Below are positions 36,907-49,845 of a stretch of DNA of 64,000 bases, one piece after another (the stretch's first letter is position 1; each line of letters starts with the position of its first letter). Under the pieces are notes generated by a model. It did not search any database, had not been told where the DNA came from, and saw only the letters and a program-made list of their open reading frames with translations. The position numbers and the translations under genes are program-made. Where the stretch lies: contig OX597821.1 in NCBI GenBank assembly GCA_951406725.2, positions 16,802,001 to 16,866,000 on the forward strand. Reading direction: 5' to 3'. This stretch comes from Octopus vulgaris (lineage: Eukaryota).

Positions 36907-38122
36907 TATGTGTGTGTGTGTGTGTGTGTCTGTTTAGCGTCGTCATGAACTATTTACAATGTCCGGGAAATTCAATATGCCAAGTTTGTGTGAGGTTATA
37001 GGGAGTGGATATCAATTTACGAAGTAATTCTGGTTCCACGACTATCCTCTGCAACACGCAACGAATGAAACAGGCCGAATCACATGCTGAAATTGTAACT
37101 GACTGCCGCTAACTCTTACCCCCTGAAGATTCACTTTATTTAGTATCCCCTGCTTTTTCCAGTCCAATGATATTAAGAGCAGCTATTGCACGTGTCTATG
37201 TCCGCTACATGCATTGCTTCTTAAAATGGGACAGATCGTATTGACACAGTGTTGACTCTGTCAAGAATATGGAGACTCCCGATGGCATCCCTTTATTGAG
37301 AGTCATTGGATTATGCTAGATTTCCACCATAGAACGAACAAACTTAATATGTATGAAGTTAAGTACGTATGTATACATGCACCTAGGTATGTATGCATGT
37401 AAGTATGCATAACCATACGTTTGAGACCCATAAATTTGAGAAAGAAATACCCGTTTGATAACTTATTTTTGATTATAAAACTACAAAATATACAATGCTC
37501 TGTGTGTGTGTATGTGTGTGTGTGCGTGTGCGCGCGTTATTAACCGAAGATCCATATATTGTTTCTCATTTACTGTATTTATTTAAAGTTCTTGCATTTT
37601 ATTCGTTGTATAGTGAACTACAAATCTGCTACAAAGGCTCTTCTGTCGGTCATTTCGACCAATCATTCATTCCAATCTGATTCTTACTTAAGATTCGGAA
37701 AATTAAAGTATAGATCAGAAACAACAGCAGTTGTGCTTGTGTTTATGTTTATATGTTCTTCCGGTCTCCTTATTACATAAGGACTTATGTAATATAAAAA
37801 CAAGCACAGACACATACACTTGCACGCGTAAACGCATGAGAAAAGTGCATGTGTATTTGCTTATGAGTGTGAGAGAGAGAGAGAGAGAGAGAGTGAGAGA
37901 GAGAGAGTTTGAGTAACTGCTTTTATGTGTATGTGAAATGTGCTACGATACTCGGTTGAATCCATTGATGTCGTGGTGCCTTTAAAACATACGAATTCTA
38001 TGAATGTCTTACAGCATTAATTCTGATTATCTGCTGGATAGACCCATTTCGCTATTTCTCCTCTCGAAGCCGGTGTGGTAACAGTCCCGCACTTTTCCTC
38101 TATCAATTCTATTTCTCTCTCT

Positions 38123-38183
<61 letters not shown>

Positions 38184-38833
38184 TGGATTGCATCTGTAAA
38201 TGTATATTCTACTGTTGTCATTTTGTGAGACGGTGAATCGTTTTGAAACTCGCGTTAAATGTATTGGGTATTCGTGTACATGTAAAACTCTGTCACCTAG
38301 TCGCTTCCATAACAATTTCAACGGCAGGCATCTGTCGGACGATCAACCGAGTGCTCCTCGCCAAGATATAAGGACTCTCCACCGTGATTGCCCTTGGTTG
38401 AAGATATTCGAAGGATTAGTAACTACATTGAAAAATTTGTGAGATTATTCAATGCAGTGGGTGACTAGTGCATATAAACGTCACTCCTTTCAGCACGTTT
38501 TTGTAACATGGCTGTTTTGTATCAACCATACAAGATCGACTGCTACATCTATCGGCTATAAGGGAGATTCTCTTACTCCACAAGTATCATGATCAACTAA
38601 CAATAATTTGAAAAACCTGTGCGCCAGCAGAGTTTTATATTATTTATATAATATGCCATGTTGAATGTTGCTTTCAGATTTGTTTCTTCACTTGAGAATT
38701 TGGTCGATACGCAAGCGATTCAGAAATGCTGGTACATATTTGTCGAAATTTTCTGTGAATTATATATTCAAGATTAGAGTACAATCAACATGTATCCTAT
38801 CCTATTCAAATGATCGCACATCTGATATGTATG

Positions 38834-38877
<44 letters not shown>

Positions 38878-40142
38878 CGTGTGTGTGCATGTATGTATAT
38901 ATATATATATATAAAAATATATTATATATGTGTGCGTATGTGTGTGTATAGATGGAAAGATGGGAGAGGGAGTTCATTAGACAAAGTTTTGTGATAATTT
39001 AATATACGCAGCATATCTGTTTTTAAGAGATAAACATCCTTAGTATAACTAATAAAAATAATTATCATATTTATTGTAGCAGGTTTTGTCTGAGATTGGG
39101 GAGAAAAGGTTAATCAGATAAGATTCCAGTCAGATTATAACACAATCACACACATAGGCCGGTATGCATACACTCAGATACCAAAGTGTATGATTGTATG
39201 TATATATGTAATTATATACATGCATATATGCAACTATGTAAGTATACTAATTATCGAGGAAATTAATTTATAGAGAGCAAATGTAACAGACAGAATGTCG
39301 CAGAATTCAACAAGATATGGAAGCTGACGGCATACAAGAAAAAATCTTTTAATGTAGAAACTCCGAGATTATGCCAATTCTTATCATAAGACGTACATTT
39401 GAACTTTTTTTTTTCTTGAAGTGCATACTGAAGCACATTATTATGGTAAATGTGCACACTTTGAAGGTTTTTCAATGGCAAAATACTTTGCCACCGAAAC
39501 GTCAAATGATTGATATTGGAAGAAATTTTGGGACGAATGTCAGCTTATATATAAGGCAAAACATTTCCTCCTTTCTTAAGACGTTACGTGACTGATCCTC
39601 AAAATCTATGTGGTTAAAAAACATAAAAGAAGGAACATAAGATCGTACAATTCAGCTTTTTGAATCAACGGGAATTGAAGTTCTATAGCTCCTAAGAGTG
39701 TGTAGGATCGGTTAAAAAATTGAGAACTTATATATCCTCTCCATGGATAACATAGACAGGTTGCTCAATGGTATTCAGTTTCATCATCTGAAGGGATTGA
39801 TATAAGTGATCCTGCTTTAGGATGGTGTATTCCAAATATAATTCACTTAAGATTTTATCTTTGTTATTTGTTTCACTGCAACATAGCAGCACCGCGCACA
39901 CTTGAAGAGTTTGGTCAAAGAAATTCACCCCAGTACTTATATTTTTTTCGTTTAATCTGATACTTATTATAACGCTTGCTTTCGCCAAATTGGTAATTTG
40001 CGGGAGCGTAAACGAACCAGACATGTCTAAAACCAGACATGATTTCTTATATATATATATATATCACGTGACCGACCAGTCCATCAGATGTAGTTACACA
40101 TCGCTGGTCACAATGCCTTCGCATTGTTTAAGCCTTGTTTTA

Positions 40143-40184
<42 letters not shown>

Positions 40185-40189
40185 TTATA

Positions 40190-40315
40190 TTTTCACTCTT
40201 TCAGTTAATAGACTGGGGTCATGCAGGGGCACACTCCTGAATGTGTATTCTAAAGAATCGATCCCAGTACTTAATTTTTAAGTCTGGTACTTAAAGTTAC
40301 GCTCAGTTACGGGGA

Positions 40316-40348
<33 letters not shown>

Positions 40349-40530
40349 TTGTCAAGTTGTCATGGGGTGACAAACACAGACACACACACGATGGGTTTCG
40401 TTTAGTTTCCGTCTACCAAATCCTCTCTCAAGGCATTGGTCGACCCAAAGCTATAGAAGGCACTCGCACAAGGTGTCACACAGTGATACTGAACCCGGAA
40501 CAATGTGGTTAGGAAGCAAGCTTCTTACCA
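40190..40530 (-). mobile_element. degenerate SINE family A
   Basis: gtttccgtctaccaaatcc and actgaacccggaacaatgtggtt blocks. Confidence 0.75.
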
Positions 40531-40536
40531 TTCACT

Positions 40537-40577
<41 letters not shown>

Positions 40578-40594
40578 ATGTGTGTGCAAACTTT

Positions 40595-40631
<37 letters not shown>

Positions 40632-41189
40632 ATGTGTGTGCAAACTTATATATATATATATATACACGCGGATAGGAAAGCCTTCTTTTTTCTGTCGAGG
40701 GCTTTTCCTTACTCATTGCACAGTGATCGCCATAAGCTTTAGGTTTATATAAGCGATAATTTAGAAACGGTGCAGTTGGTTGGTGCTATGTAGATGTTGT
40801 TGACGACGTTGGTGAGAGACATGATGGTGGCGACGAAGATGGAGGTCACTGTAATGTGGTTAATGGATAGGCCTTAGAAGGTCTGGAACCAATAGACCTC
40901 GCAACTAGTAGGAGGTGAGGTTTTATAGCTGACGGTAGGCTCAAATGTTGTTTAAAACAGACTGTCTCACGTGATTTATTTGGAGACTGCGGTTAGGCGG
41001 ATTGCATATTAGCGCGCGATAGAGTAATAGACAAATTGGGCCAATACCAACCAATCAGAAGTGTAGACACAACGGGTTCCAAAACAGCGGCCAAAGGTTA
41101 GCTTTACTGGCAACGTTCGTATGTATTTTATATAATAGAGAGAGGAAGTTCACAAGAGTTCACTACACACACACACACAGATATATATA

Positions 41190-41390
41190 TTGAAGTATTG
41201 GAGTAAGACAATGTTTAGGTATGAGCAGAATTTAGATTAGTTGTCACATATTTCAACAACAAAACGGCAAATACACCGCAGTTTTCGTGGAGAAAAATCT
41301 CTCTTATCATAAGAAACTCCAGTGTGTTTGCCTTGTAGATGTTGAAATATGTAACAAACATATTTCAGCTAACCTAAATTATGCTCACAC
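41190..41390. mobile_element. older fold-back insertion in (TA)n
   Basis: Diverged inverted arms ~41220-41285 / ~41314-41389 (tgagcagaatttagattag vs ctaacctaaattatgctca; catatttcaaca vs tgttgaaatatg). Confidence 0.55.
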
Positions 41391-41410
41391 ATATATATAT
41401 ATATATATAT

Positions 41411-41697
41411 GTATTTGTCTAGAATTGTCCGTTTTTTCCGTCCTTGTTTTTGTATACATTTTCTGCTTCCTTCCAAGGAGTCTAATGCTCTTAGCTTAGT
41501 TTTTTCTCAGGGGCTAGCCAGATTGGCGCAATTTCAACTATAATCAGCCGAAATCGCGAGGATAATCTGGTACTCAACTGAGGAAAAAAAACCTGACCCG
41601 TCCTTGTTTTCTTTGTATCGTCTATCTGGATGTGTGGTTGTCCCATTTTTTGTATTACCTAACAGTCCGGATGTTTTACGTTTTTGTCCCATTTTGT

Positions 41698-41701
<4 letters not shown>
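41411..41701. mobile_element. non-coding insertion in (TA)n with a long internal hairpin
   Basis: (TA)n on both sides; CCAGATT/AATCTGG stem enclosing a 13-bp hairpin; short internal direct repeats. Confidence 0.5.
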
Positions 41702-41728
<27 letters not shown>

Positions 41729-42463
41729 ACGACTAGCTTCTAGATAATATCCCTTTACCAATTTCACTTGCAAGAGATTTTTTTTCACTCGGGTATATAG
41801 TTGAACACGTTTGCCCAAGTTTACAGGCATTGGAATTGAACTTAAAAGGAGGTGGTATACAGTTAAGAATCTTAACAACACATCCATGGCAGTACCCTAT
41901 CGCCATTATAGACGGCATTCGTGTGCGCGCGCGTGTGTGTGTGCGTAGTCTTATTTTTCACCTTCCTTTTCCGTATTTTCATATTAATGGATAAAGAAAC
42001 GCTATCTTGCCTAGAAACCAGACACTTTCATTGGAATTTCGATAACATCAAAGATTAGACTTGTATATATGCTTGTATGAATTCATACATGTAAACATAC
42101 ATGCACACAGACACTCATATATGTGTAAGTATGTGTATGTATACTTGTATATATATATATGTATATATATATATACATGTATGTGTGTGTGTGTGCGCGT
42201 GTTTATATTTGCTAGTGTAAATACCGTGAAAGCTACAATATGGACGCAGAGAATGTGACCAGCTACCACCCATATTACAAATATAATCTGGAAGATGAGC
42301 CGTAAAAATTTGCAAGACTTTTGTAAACTTCAACTTGTACAAATTATCGTTGTTGTTAACCTCATTCAAGCGATGCAGCTTTTTCCTATGCTAGAAACTA
42401 GCTCCTTCCTTGTGAGACGAATTCAGATAATTAAAATAGAAAGTACACTGTGTATGTATGTGC

Positions 42464-42497
<34 letters not shown>

Positions 42498-42542
42498 TAT
42501 ATATGTGTGTGTGTCTGTGTATATATATACACATATATACAT

Positions 42543-42578
<36 letters not shown>

Positions 42579-43636
42579 GTATAAACGTATCTATGAATAC
42601 ACGCCCACGCATGCATATACCGCCACGTACTCATACTTATATATATATGTGTATGTGTGTATGTATATATATATATATATGTGTGTGTGTGTATGCATGT
42701 ATGTTTTATATATGTACGTATATATATGCATGTTTATATTTGACGATCTAGCAGACAGGTTATAAAGAGTGAGAATAAACATTATATATTTATATGCATG
42801 GACTGATTAAGATACTAAAATACGCAGGCAAACATTATATATATGCATAGATACATATATGCGTATACATATATGCGCACATATTTCTCTCTCTCTCTCT
42901 CTCTCTCCCCATATTTCAATGCATACACACTCACGCATATATGTACATATATATATATATGTATGTATGCATGTATGTATATATAAATATATGTACACCC
43001 AGACATACATACATGCATACATTCATGCATGCATGCGTATATACACATAGAGGTATATATTACATAGATAGAAGAAAAGATAAAAGATACACGTTTGTTG
43101 AGTATGAGAGTTAGATCAAAGTTAACTAGAAAAATGGCTTCCGTGATAGGTGGCGTGGCCTACTTGGAGATGTGCAATAAGCGAAAAACTTAGTTTGTTT
43201 TACATGCGAGAAATGCAAGATTTTCAAAGGAAAGAATGAAAAAGGGGGGAAAATAAAATGAATATCTTTATAAATGTGCTGTTTGCCCATACTTTTAATT
43301 GTGAAGATATTTCTGTTATTTTTGTTGCTGTCGTGTTCATTTTCCTGTGATCTTTGCCATTAACATTTCATGGACTTATGCTCCGAAAGATATAAAAGTT
43401 TATCACTAACTAACTAACTCAATCAATCAATCAATCTTTCGATCAATAAAGGAATGAATAAATAAATAAATAAATAAATTGTAACGTGTAAATATTGAAA
43501 TAACTAAAATAAAAGAACTATAAAAACCCTTTAACGTATGAACGGCATGTAATGTATTCCGGTTTGATTGCGGCATATCAAAGCTTAAATTACATTTCGG
43601 TTTAGTGTGGAAGTTTAGAAGCCATATTAATTTCAT

Positions 43637-43640
43637 CATG

Positions 43641-43713
<73 letters not shown>

Positions 43714-44974
43714 CCATCGTCATCGTCATAGTCGTCGTAGTTTGTCGTTATTATCAACTCCGTTGACATCATCAACTGAATCATAGCCATCGTCTTCATC
43801 ATCATTCGTCGTCCGCGTCGGCGTCATCGTCTTCGTCATCATTATCCCCCACTTTGTCACCATTCTCCTCCGCCTACTCCTCCTCCCCTTCATCATCATC
43901 ATCACCATCGCAATCATCACTGTCATCATCATTACTGCTATTATCATGAGCAACATCCCAGTCGTCGTTGTTCCCGTTATCATCCTGTGATAATCTTTAG
44001 ATGCTGCCGCAGCATCACCATTAGGTCGCCATCATAATATTTTCATAAGTCAGCTTTATGGTTTTCTCTTCCATACAACATCACCCCTCTGTCCATCCAT
44101 CCATTACTAACTCTCTTCCGCATCTTTCTTTTTTTTTGTTTTGATCTTCTATATCTTACCATCATCATATTTGTTCACCTATCAGTATTGTCGTAGTCTT
44201 CAACATCGTCATCATCATCACCAAGACTATCATCATCATCATCGTCATCATCGTCATAATCATCATCATCATCATTGGTGCTATCGTTGTCGTCGTCATC
44301 GCTGTCGTCGCCCTCGGCATCGCAGCTATCGTCATCGTAATATTTATTGTCATTGCCATCATTGTTTTCACCGTCGACGTCCACTTCCCCATCATCATCA
44401 TCATTATCATCAACATCATTACCACCACCTCCACCACCACTACCATCACCACCACGATGGTAGTTCACAGAAAGTCGCAAAATTTATAGAGATTCCTGGT
44501 ATTTCTGACGACAATGAGTTCATGTTCACATCCTTTCGCACACTGAGCTGTTGTTGGACGAAAAATGATGAAAAAATCGATAAATCGATCACTTCTGAAT
44601 CATTTCATAAATTCTAACACCACCTTCGCCTCTATCACCAGTACTACCACCGCCATCGTCATCACTATCACCCACAACCCCAGCACAACCACCGGCACCG
44701 TCACCAGTGATGTGATCTGTCTAGATAACTATCACCACAACCTTCACTATAGAGATCCTTATCAGCAACATCATCACCTCGGTGATGATGAGGATGACGA
44801 TGCTGCTGCTACTGCTGCTGCTAATGATGATGATGATGATGATGACGATGATAGTAGGGAATTGGTGTGATCATCACCATCGTCATCAACATCCTCAACA
44901 TCATCATCGTCATCATCATCATCATCGTCTTCATCATCATCATCATCATCACCACCATCATTATCATCATCATC

Positions 44975-45047
<73 letters not shown>

Positions 45048-45058
45048 CCACCACGACC

Positions 45059-45111
<53 letters not shown>

Positions 45112-45413
45112 TATCACCATCAGGAATGAAATCAATTCTTATCGTCATCTCCCCCGACGGTGTTGCTACTGGAATTTTACCACTACCACCACAATCACTA
45201 ACATCACCTCCCACATCAGTATTACTTCTACTAACACCCAAACCACCACCACCTCCAACACCATGACCACTACCACCAACACCACGATCACCACTACCTT
45301 TAACTCGGTAATTATTGTTCTTGATCTCATCTCACAATCAAACAATTACCACTGTGACCGCCATTGCAATTGAAACATTGCCCCTCCTTCCCCTCCTGCT
45401 CTTCCTGCTGCAC

Positions 45414-45452
<39 letters not shown>

Positions 45453-45520
45453 ACACCACTGCTAACACTATTACTACTACTACTAGCAGTACCACTACTA
45501 CTGTTTCTATTGATTGCTAT
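43637..45520. repeat. long degenerate (CAT)n/(CAC)n/(CTA)n trinucleotide region
   Basis: Directly visible; explains the poly-H/D/M/I ORFs. Confidence 0.95.
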
Positions 45521-45764
45521 AACTTAATATATTTATCTTTAATATCAGTACAACTGTCCTTTAAAGTAATCCTCGCATCCATATCGCAGAAAGCCAACTT
45601 TAGGATTCTTCTTTTTTCTCCATGAAAATGATTGGACTGATTAATAAAACAGTGGCTTATGGCATAGGGGCACAAACAACAACAACAACAAGAGCAACAG
45701 CAACAGGAACAACAAGAACAACAGCAACAATAACGAACAGAAATGGAGGCAGCAACTGCAACAG

Positions 45765-45996
45765 TACCTATTTCTTTATTACCCACAAGGGGCTAAACAC
45801 AGAGAGGACAAACAAGGACAGACATAGGTGTTAAGTCGATTATATCGACCCCAGTGCGTAACTGGTACTTAATTTATCGACCCCGAAAGGATGAAAGGCA
45901 AAGTCGACCTCGGCGAAATTTGAACTCACAACGTAACGGCAGACGAAATACCGCTAAGCATTTCGCCCGGCGTGCTAACGTTTCTGCCAGCTCGCC
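45765..45996 (-). mobile_element. SINE family D
   Basis: Minus strand GGCGAGCTGGCAGAAACGTTAGCACGCCGGGCGAAATGCTTAGCGG..GAGTTCAAATT..GGGTAATAAAGAAATAGGT. Confidence 0.85.
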
Positions 45997-46304
45997 AATC
46001 ACGACAAGAGCGAGATCAACGAGAACATCAAGAGCACCGACAGCAGTAGCGACATGAGAAACGACAGAAAAGGCAGCCGGAGCGACTCTGCAAAAAGACC
46101 AGCTTTAGAGGATCAACATCAACAACAACAATGCCAAATATTAGCAACATTGATGCAAACGCGGATGTGCTGTAAGAACCTTACCACATGATTCCAGGCT
46201 CAGTCCAACTGAGCGTGGACCCCTAAGCAGGTATCTTCTGCTAAAGCCTTGGGGCGCTCAAAAGCTTGTGACTGGATTTGCTGAGCGGTATCTAAAGGGG
46301 TGCT

Positions 46305-46719
46305 CTTTTACTCTTTTACTCTTTTACTTGTTTCAGTCATTTGACTGCGGCCATGCTGGAGTACCACCTTTAATCGAGCAACTCGACCCCGGGACTTATT
46401 CTTTTGTAAGCCCAGTACTTATTCTATCGGTCTCTTTTGCCGGACCGCTAAGTAACGGGGACATAAACACACCAGCATCGGTTGTCAAGCAATGCTAGGG
46501 GACAAACACAGACACACAAACACAGACACGCATATTTATATATATATATATACATATATACGACGGGCTTCTTTCAGTTTCCGTCTACCACATCCACTCA
46601 CAATGCTTTGGTCGGCCCGAAACTATAGTAGAAGACACTTGCCCAAGGTGCCACGCAGTGGGACTGAACCCGGAACCATGTGGATGGTAGACAAGCTACT
46701 TACCACACAGCCACTCCTG
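46305..46719 (-). mobile_element. SINE family A, full length
   Basis: Reverse complement of family A from tail (ctcttttactcttttac) to head (cacacagccactcctg). Confidence 0.9.
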
Positions 46720-46732
46720 TATGTAATATATA

Positions 46733-47110
46733 TATTACATACATATAAGAGTGATGGCCACTAGGTGAACATCCATTATGCTAGTGGACATCCATTATCC
46801 ATTATGGTCTGACCACTAAGTAAAGAAATCGGGTTTGTGATTAATCTTTATATTTTGTATCTTTTCATTTGCCTTGCTTGCTTACGTTCTGGCGTTTGCT
46901 GACTTTTCTTGAGAACAATCTTTTCTTAGTGGTCAGACCATATGGGGTCTACCTCTAGCATAATGGATGTCCACTTATTGGTCATCCCTCTCATATGTAT
47001 GTAATATAATTTTTCTGAATCTTCAGATTTTTCAATATGCTAGGCCACTGGTTTTAAATTGATACTAATCAAATTAATATTCAATTTTTCACCCTTATTA
47101 TTTAAATTTA
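46733..47110. mobile_element. PLE-type 3'-end fragment with inverted duplication
   Basis: 46733-46810 is a rearranged inverted copy of ~46925-47007; 3' terminus TGCTAGGCCACTGGTTTTAAATTGATA..CCCTTATTATTTAAAT matches the 16.7-kb element end. Confidence 0.75.
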
Positions 47111-47147
47111 GATATATAGATATTGATATATACACACATATATCGCT

Positions 47148-47330
47148 GGCACTCTGCCGGTTACGGCGACGATGGCTCCAAGTAATCCGATCAACGGAAC
47201 AGCTTGGTCGTAAAATTAACCTGCATGTGATTCAGCACTCCACAGATACGAATACCCTTAACATAGCTCTCAGGGAGATTCAGCGTAACAAAGTATGTCC
47301 CAAGTTTATCCCTTTGAATTACAAGTACAC
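47148..47330 (-). mobile_element. partial SINE family B (3' half)
   Basis: ggttacggcgacga..gatcaacggaacagc..agcactccacaga. Confidence 0.75.
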
Positions 47331-47689
47331 CTTATCAAATATGTGTGTGTGAGTGTGCGTGCGTGCGTATATATGTGTGTGTGTGTGTTAATTAGAGGAT
47401 ATATCAACTTCCTAAAGGGACGATTATATCCAAGAATACACCTTATATCAACACCTTATATCTTTGGGAAATAAATTTCCCTAAATGAATAAGTACGTAT
47501 TAAGCATATCATCCAGTTATTTATTAATAAATGGAAAATTATTCATTCCTACGTTTCTTTCAATTTGTACGCCTTCTTACTTTCCCCTTACATTTCCACG
47601 TGTAGTTTCTATTTTCTTTTTGTAACATATTTCTATCCTATATATATATAATAATGAAGCTAAAGCACGCAGAGTTAGCCACTTGGCAC

Positions 47690-48040
47690 AAATTGATTTT
47701 GAACTCTGTTGTACATGCGCATTACGTTTTAACGTTCTAGCTCACTTTCGCTATTTACAGTAGTGCTTGGAAGGTAGGTGTGCAGCACGTGATCGTCGCA
47801 ATGACTATGACAGAGAAGCTTGAGCAGAGAATCTGCATCAAATTTTGCCAAGAGTTTGGCGATACCTGCTCAGAAGATTTCAAAATTTTCTCAGCGTTCT
47901 CGACACAATCAAGGAGATCTTGTGCAACGGAAACCCGAGTATAGTTTTGATCAGCCGGAAGCTGATTTGGCACAAACTTGGCAGACACGTGTCTCATACC
48001 TAAATCTTCAGTGATAATGGACTAAACTGAACCGTAATTA
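47690..48040. mobile_element. rearranged mariner relic
   Basis: Plus strand MTEKLEQRICIKFCQEFG (N-terminus) and minus strand MRHVSAKFVP..VAQDLLDCVE (linker) fragments. Confidence 0.65.
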
Positions 48041-48054
48041 ATCAGAATGAATGT

Positions 48055-48363
48055 TAAAACTTAGCGCGCATGCTCAGCAGAGCGCAAGGTTATTCTGTGC
48101 CAAGCAGCTTTACCGTATGTGTTTTAGATTCGTTACTATAGTAACAGTTTGGACACTTATGTGGCCTCGTCTGTATCACTAGCGATTTTTTTCCCCTGTC
48201 TTCCCTTCTCGGGATCTTTCCTTCTCTTATATTTCCGACGAAGAGCTCCGCTCGAAACGTCAAACCCTCCTTCTTCCCTTCTTTTCTGAGCGTCCAATAA
48301 TACTTTATTTGTTCCACGTCCTTGCGTTGTTGTTTTTTTGTTTTTGTTTTCTTGTTTGGATTA

Positions 48364-48368
<5 letters not shown>
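48055..48368 (+). mobile_element. PLE-type pLTR fragment with minimal hammerhead variant (48232-48264) running into (TA)n
   Basis: TTT-CCGACGAA-GAGC-tcc-GCTC-GAAA-CG-TC-AAA; U4>C core variant, palindromic ACGT stem III; 5' boundary approximate. Confidence 0.65.
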
Positions 48369-48411
<43 letters not shown>

Positions 48412-48415
<4 letters not shown>

Positions 48416-48635
48416 AACAATCTTACTTAGAAATGGATGCGTGCGTTCAGTATATAATAAATTAATAAATAAAATAAAACATATGCATATATACATACAT
48501 ATATGTACGTACCTACCTCTACATGTATATATACATACATATATGAGTTGGTGTTCTGTACCCATATATACATGTATATATACATGTAGAGGTAGGTACG
48601 TACATATATGTATGTATATATGCATATGTTTTATT
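48412..48635. repeat. fold-back insertion in TA tract, 64-bp arms
   Basis: Arms 48473-48536 / 48572-48635; the right part resembles 54136-54207. Confidence 0.7.
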
Positions 48636-49142
48636 GTATGTTTTTATGTATGTATATATATATATATATATATAATACACATATACACACATACACACAC
48701 ATATTTAAATGTATGTATGTATGAATGTATACTGGTCTTCCACAAACATTACCAGGACTTGTGCTTCGGTGTTGGAGGACTTCTATAGCCATTCATGACG
48801 GAAGGAGATCTTTTGTTAGCCTAAACATTTAGAAATTACAACGAAATGTCTCTGAAATTTCTCCTTTCCGTTTTACAAAAAGTCACAAGTAAGCAATTAT
48901 GCTACTGCTACAGCATTAGAACGGCACAACTTTAGAATCGTCTGAGCTTCGGAAAAATGCCTTGCGTTATTGATTTCGGTTCTTAAGTAAGGAGTTAAAA
49001 ATCTACTTGAGGTCAACTATTGTCAGAAATGCCTCCGATGTCGATAAAATAACTGCGGAGCACAGGGGTCGAAGCTATCAGCTATCTTCTTTTCAATAAT
49101 GTGAGGCTTTGTAATAAAATAATTAATATCATATACAGTTCT

Positions 49143-49590
49143 AGGGTAGCGAGCTGGCAAAATCATTAGGACGCCAAACGACAGCGCTTAGCGGTATTTC
49201 GTCCGTCTGCATGCTGATATCAAATTCTACCGAGACCGACTTTGTCTTTCGTCATTTCAGGCTCCATAAAATAAGTTCCAGTGAAACACTAGGGTCGATG
49301 TAATCGACTACCCCCTCCCTTAAAATTTCAGACCCTGTACCTATAGTAGCAAGGATTACACACAATTCTAAGGCGGCGAGGTGCCAGGATTGTTAGCACG
49401 CCGTTTAAGATGCTTAGCGGCATTTCATCTGTCTTCACGCACTGAATTCAAATTCTGCCGGGGTCGACTTTGCCTTTCATTCTTTCAAGGCTGATAAAAT
49501 AAATACCAGTTAAGCACTGGGTTCGATATAATCGACTTAACTCCTCCCTCCGAACTTTCTAGCCATTTGCCAAAATTTGAAACTAATATT
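49143..49590 (+). mobile_element. two tandem SINE family D copies
   Basis: Heads at ~49143 (agggtagcgagctggc) and ~49370 (aaggcggcgaggtgcc), both with gacttt..cttt..ataaaataa..gtcgat blocks. Confidence 0.8.
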
Positions 49591-49805
49591 ATACACGATT
49601 CTATCGACCACAGTATATAGGAAGACCTTCATCGCTATAAATGCAATAAGCGCATCAGTAACTATTACGGGTACAGATGTTTTGATTGGCAAACGGCTTC
49701 ATGGTTCTAGAGTTCTGCTGTTTAACATCACTGCGGGGCTCTTTAGTTATAAATCATGTTTAGCCATATCTCGTAATTTGGTAGGCGGAACTGTGCACAG
49801 ACCAC

Positions 49806-49845
<40 letters not shown>

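Noticed and set aside
40960-41070. Promoter-like cluster (CACGTG, CCAAT boxes)
   Set aside because: Short motifs with no associated gene or transcript evidence.
41515-41570. Hammerhead call in the 41.4-kb element (CTGATTA..GAAA on the minus strand)
   Set aside because: No room for stems I and II; the bases are better explained by a simple 13-bp hairpin.
43427-45834. Poly-His, poly-Asp, poly-Met and poly-Ile ORFs
   Set aside because: Trinucleotide repeats open in several frames on both strands; no evidence of a real exon.
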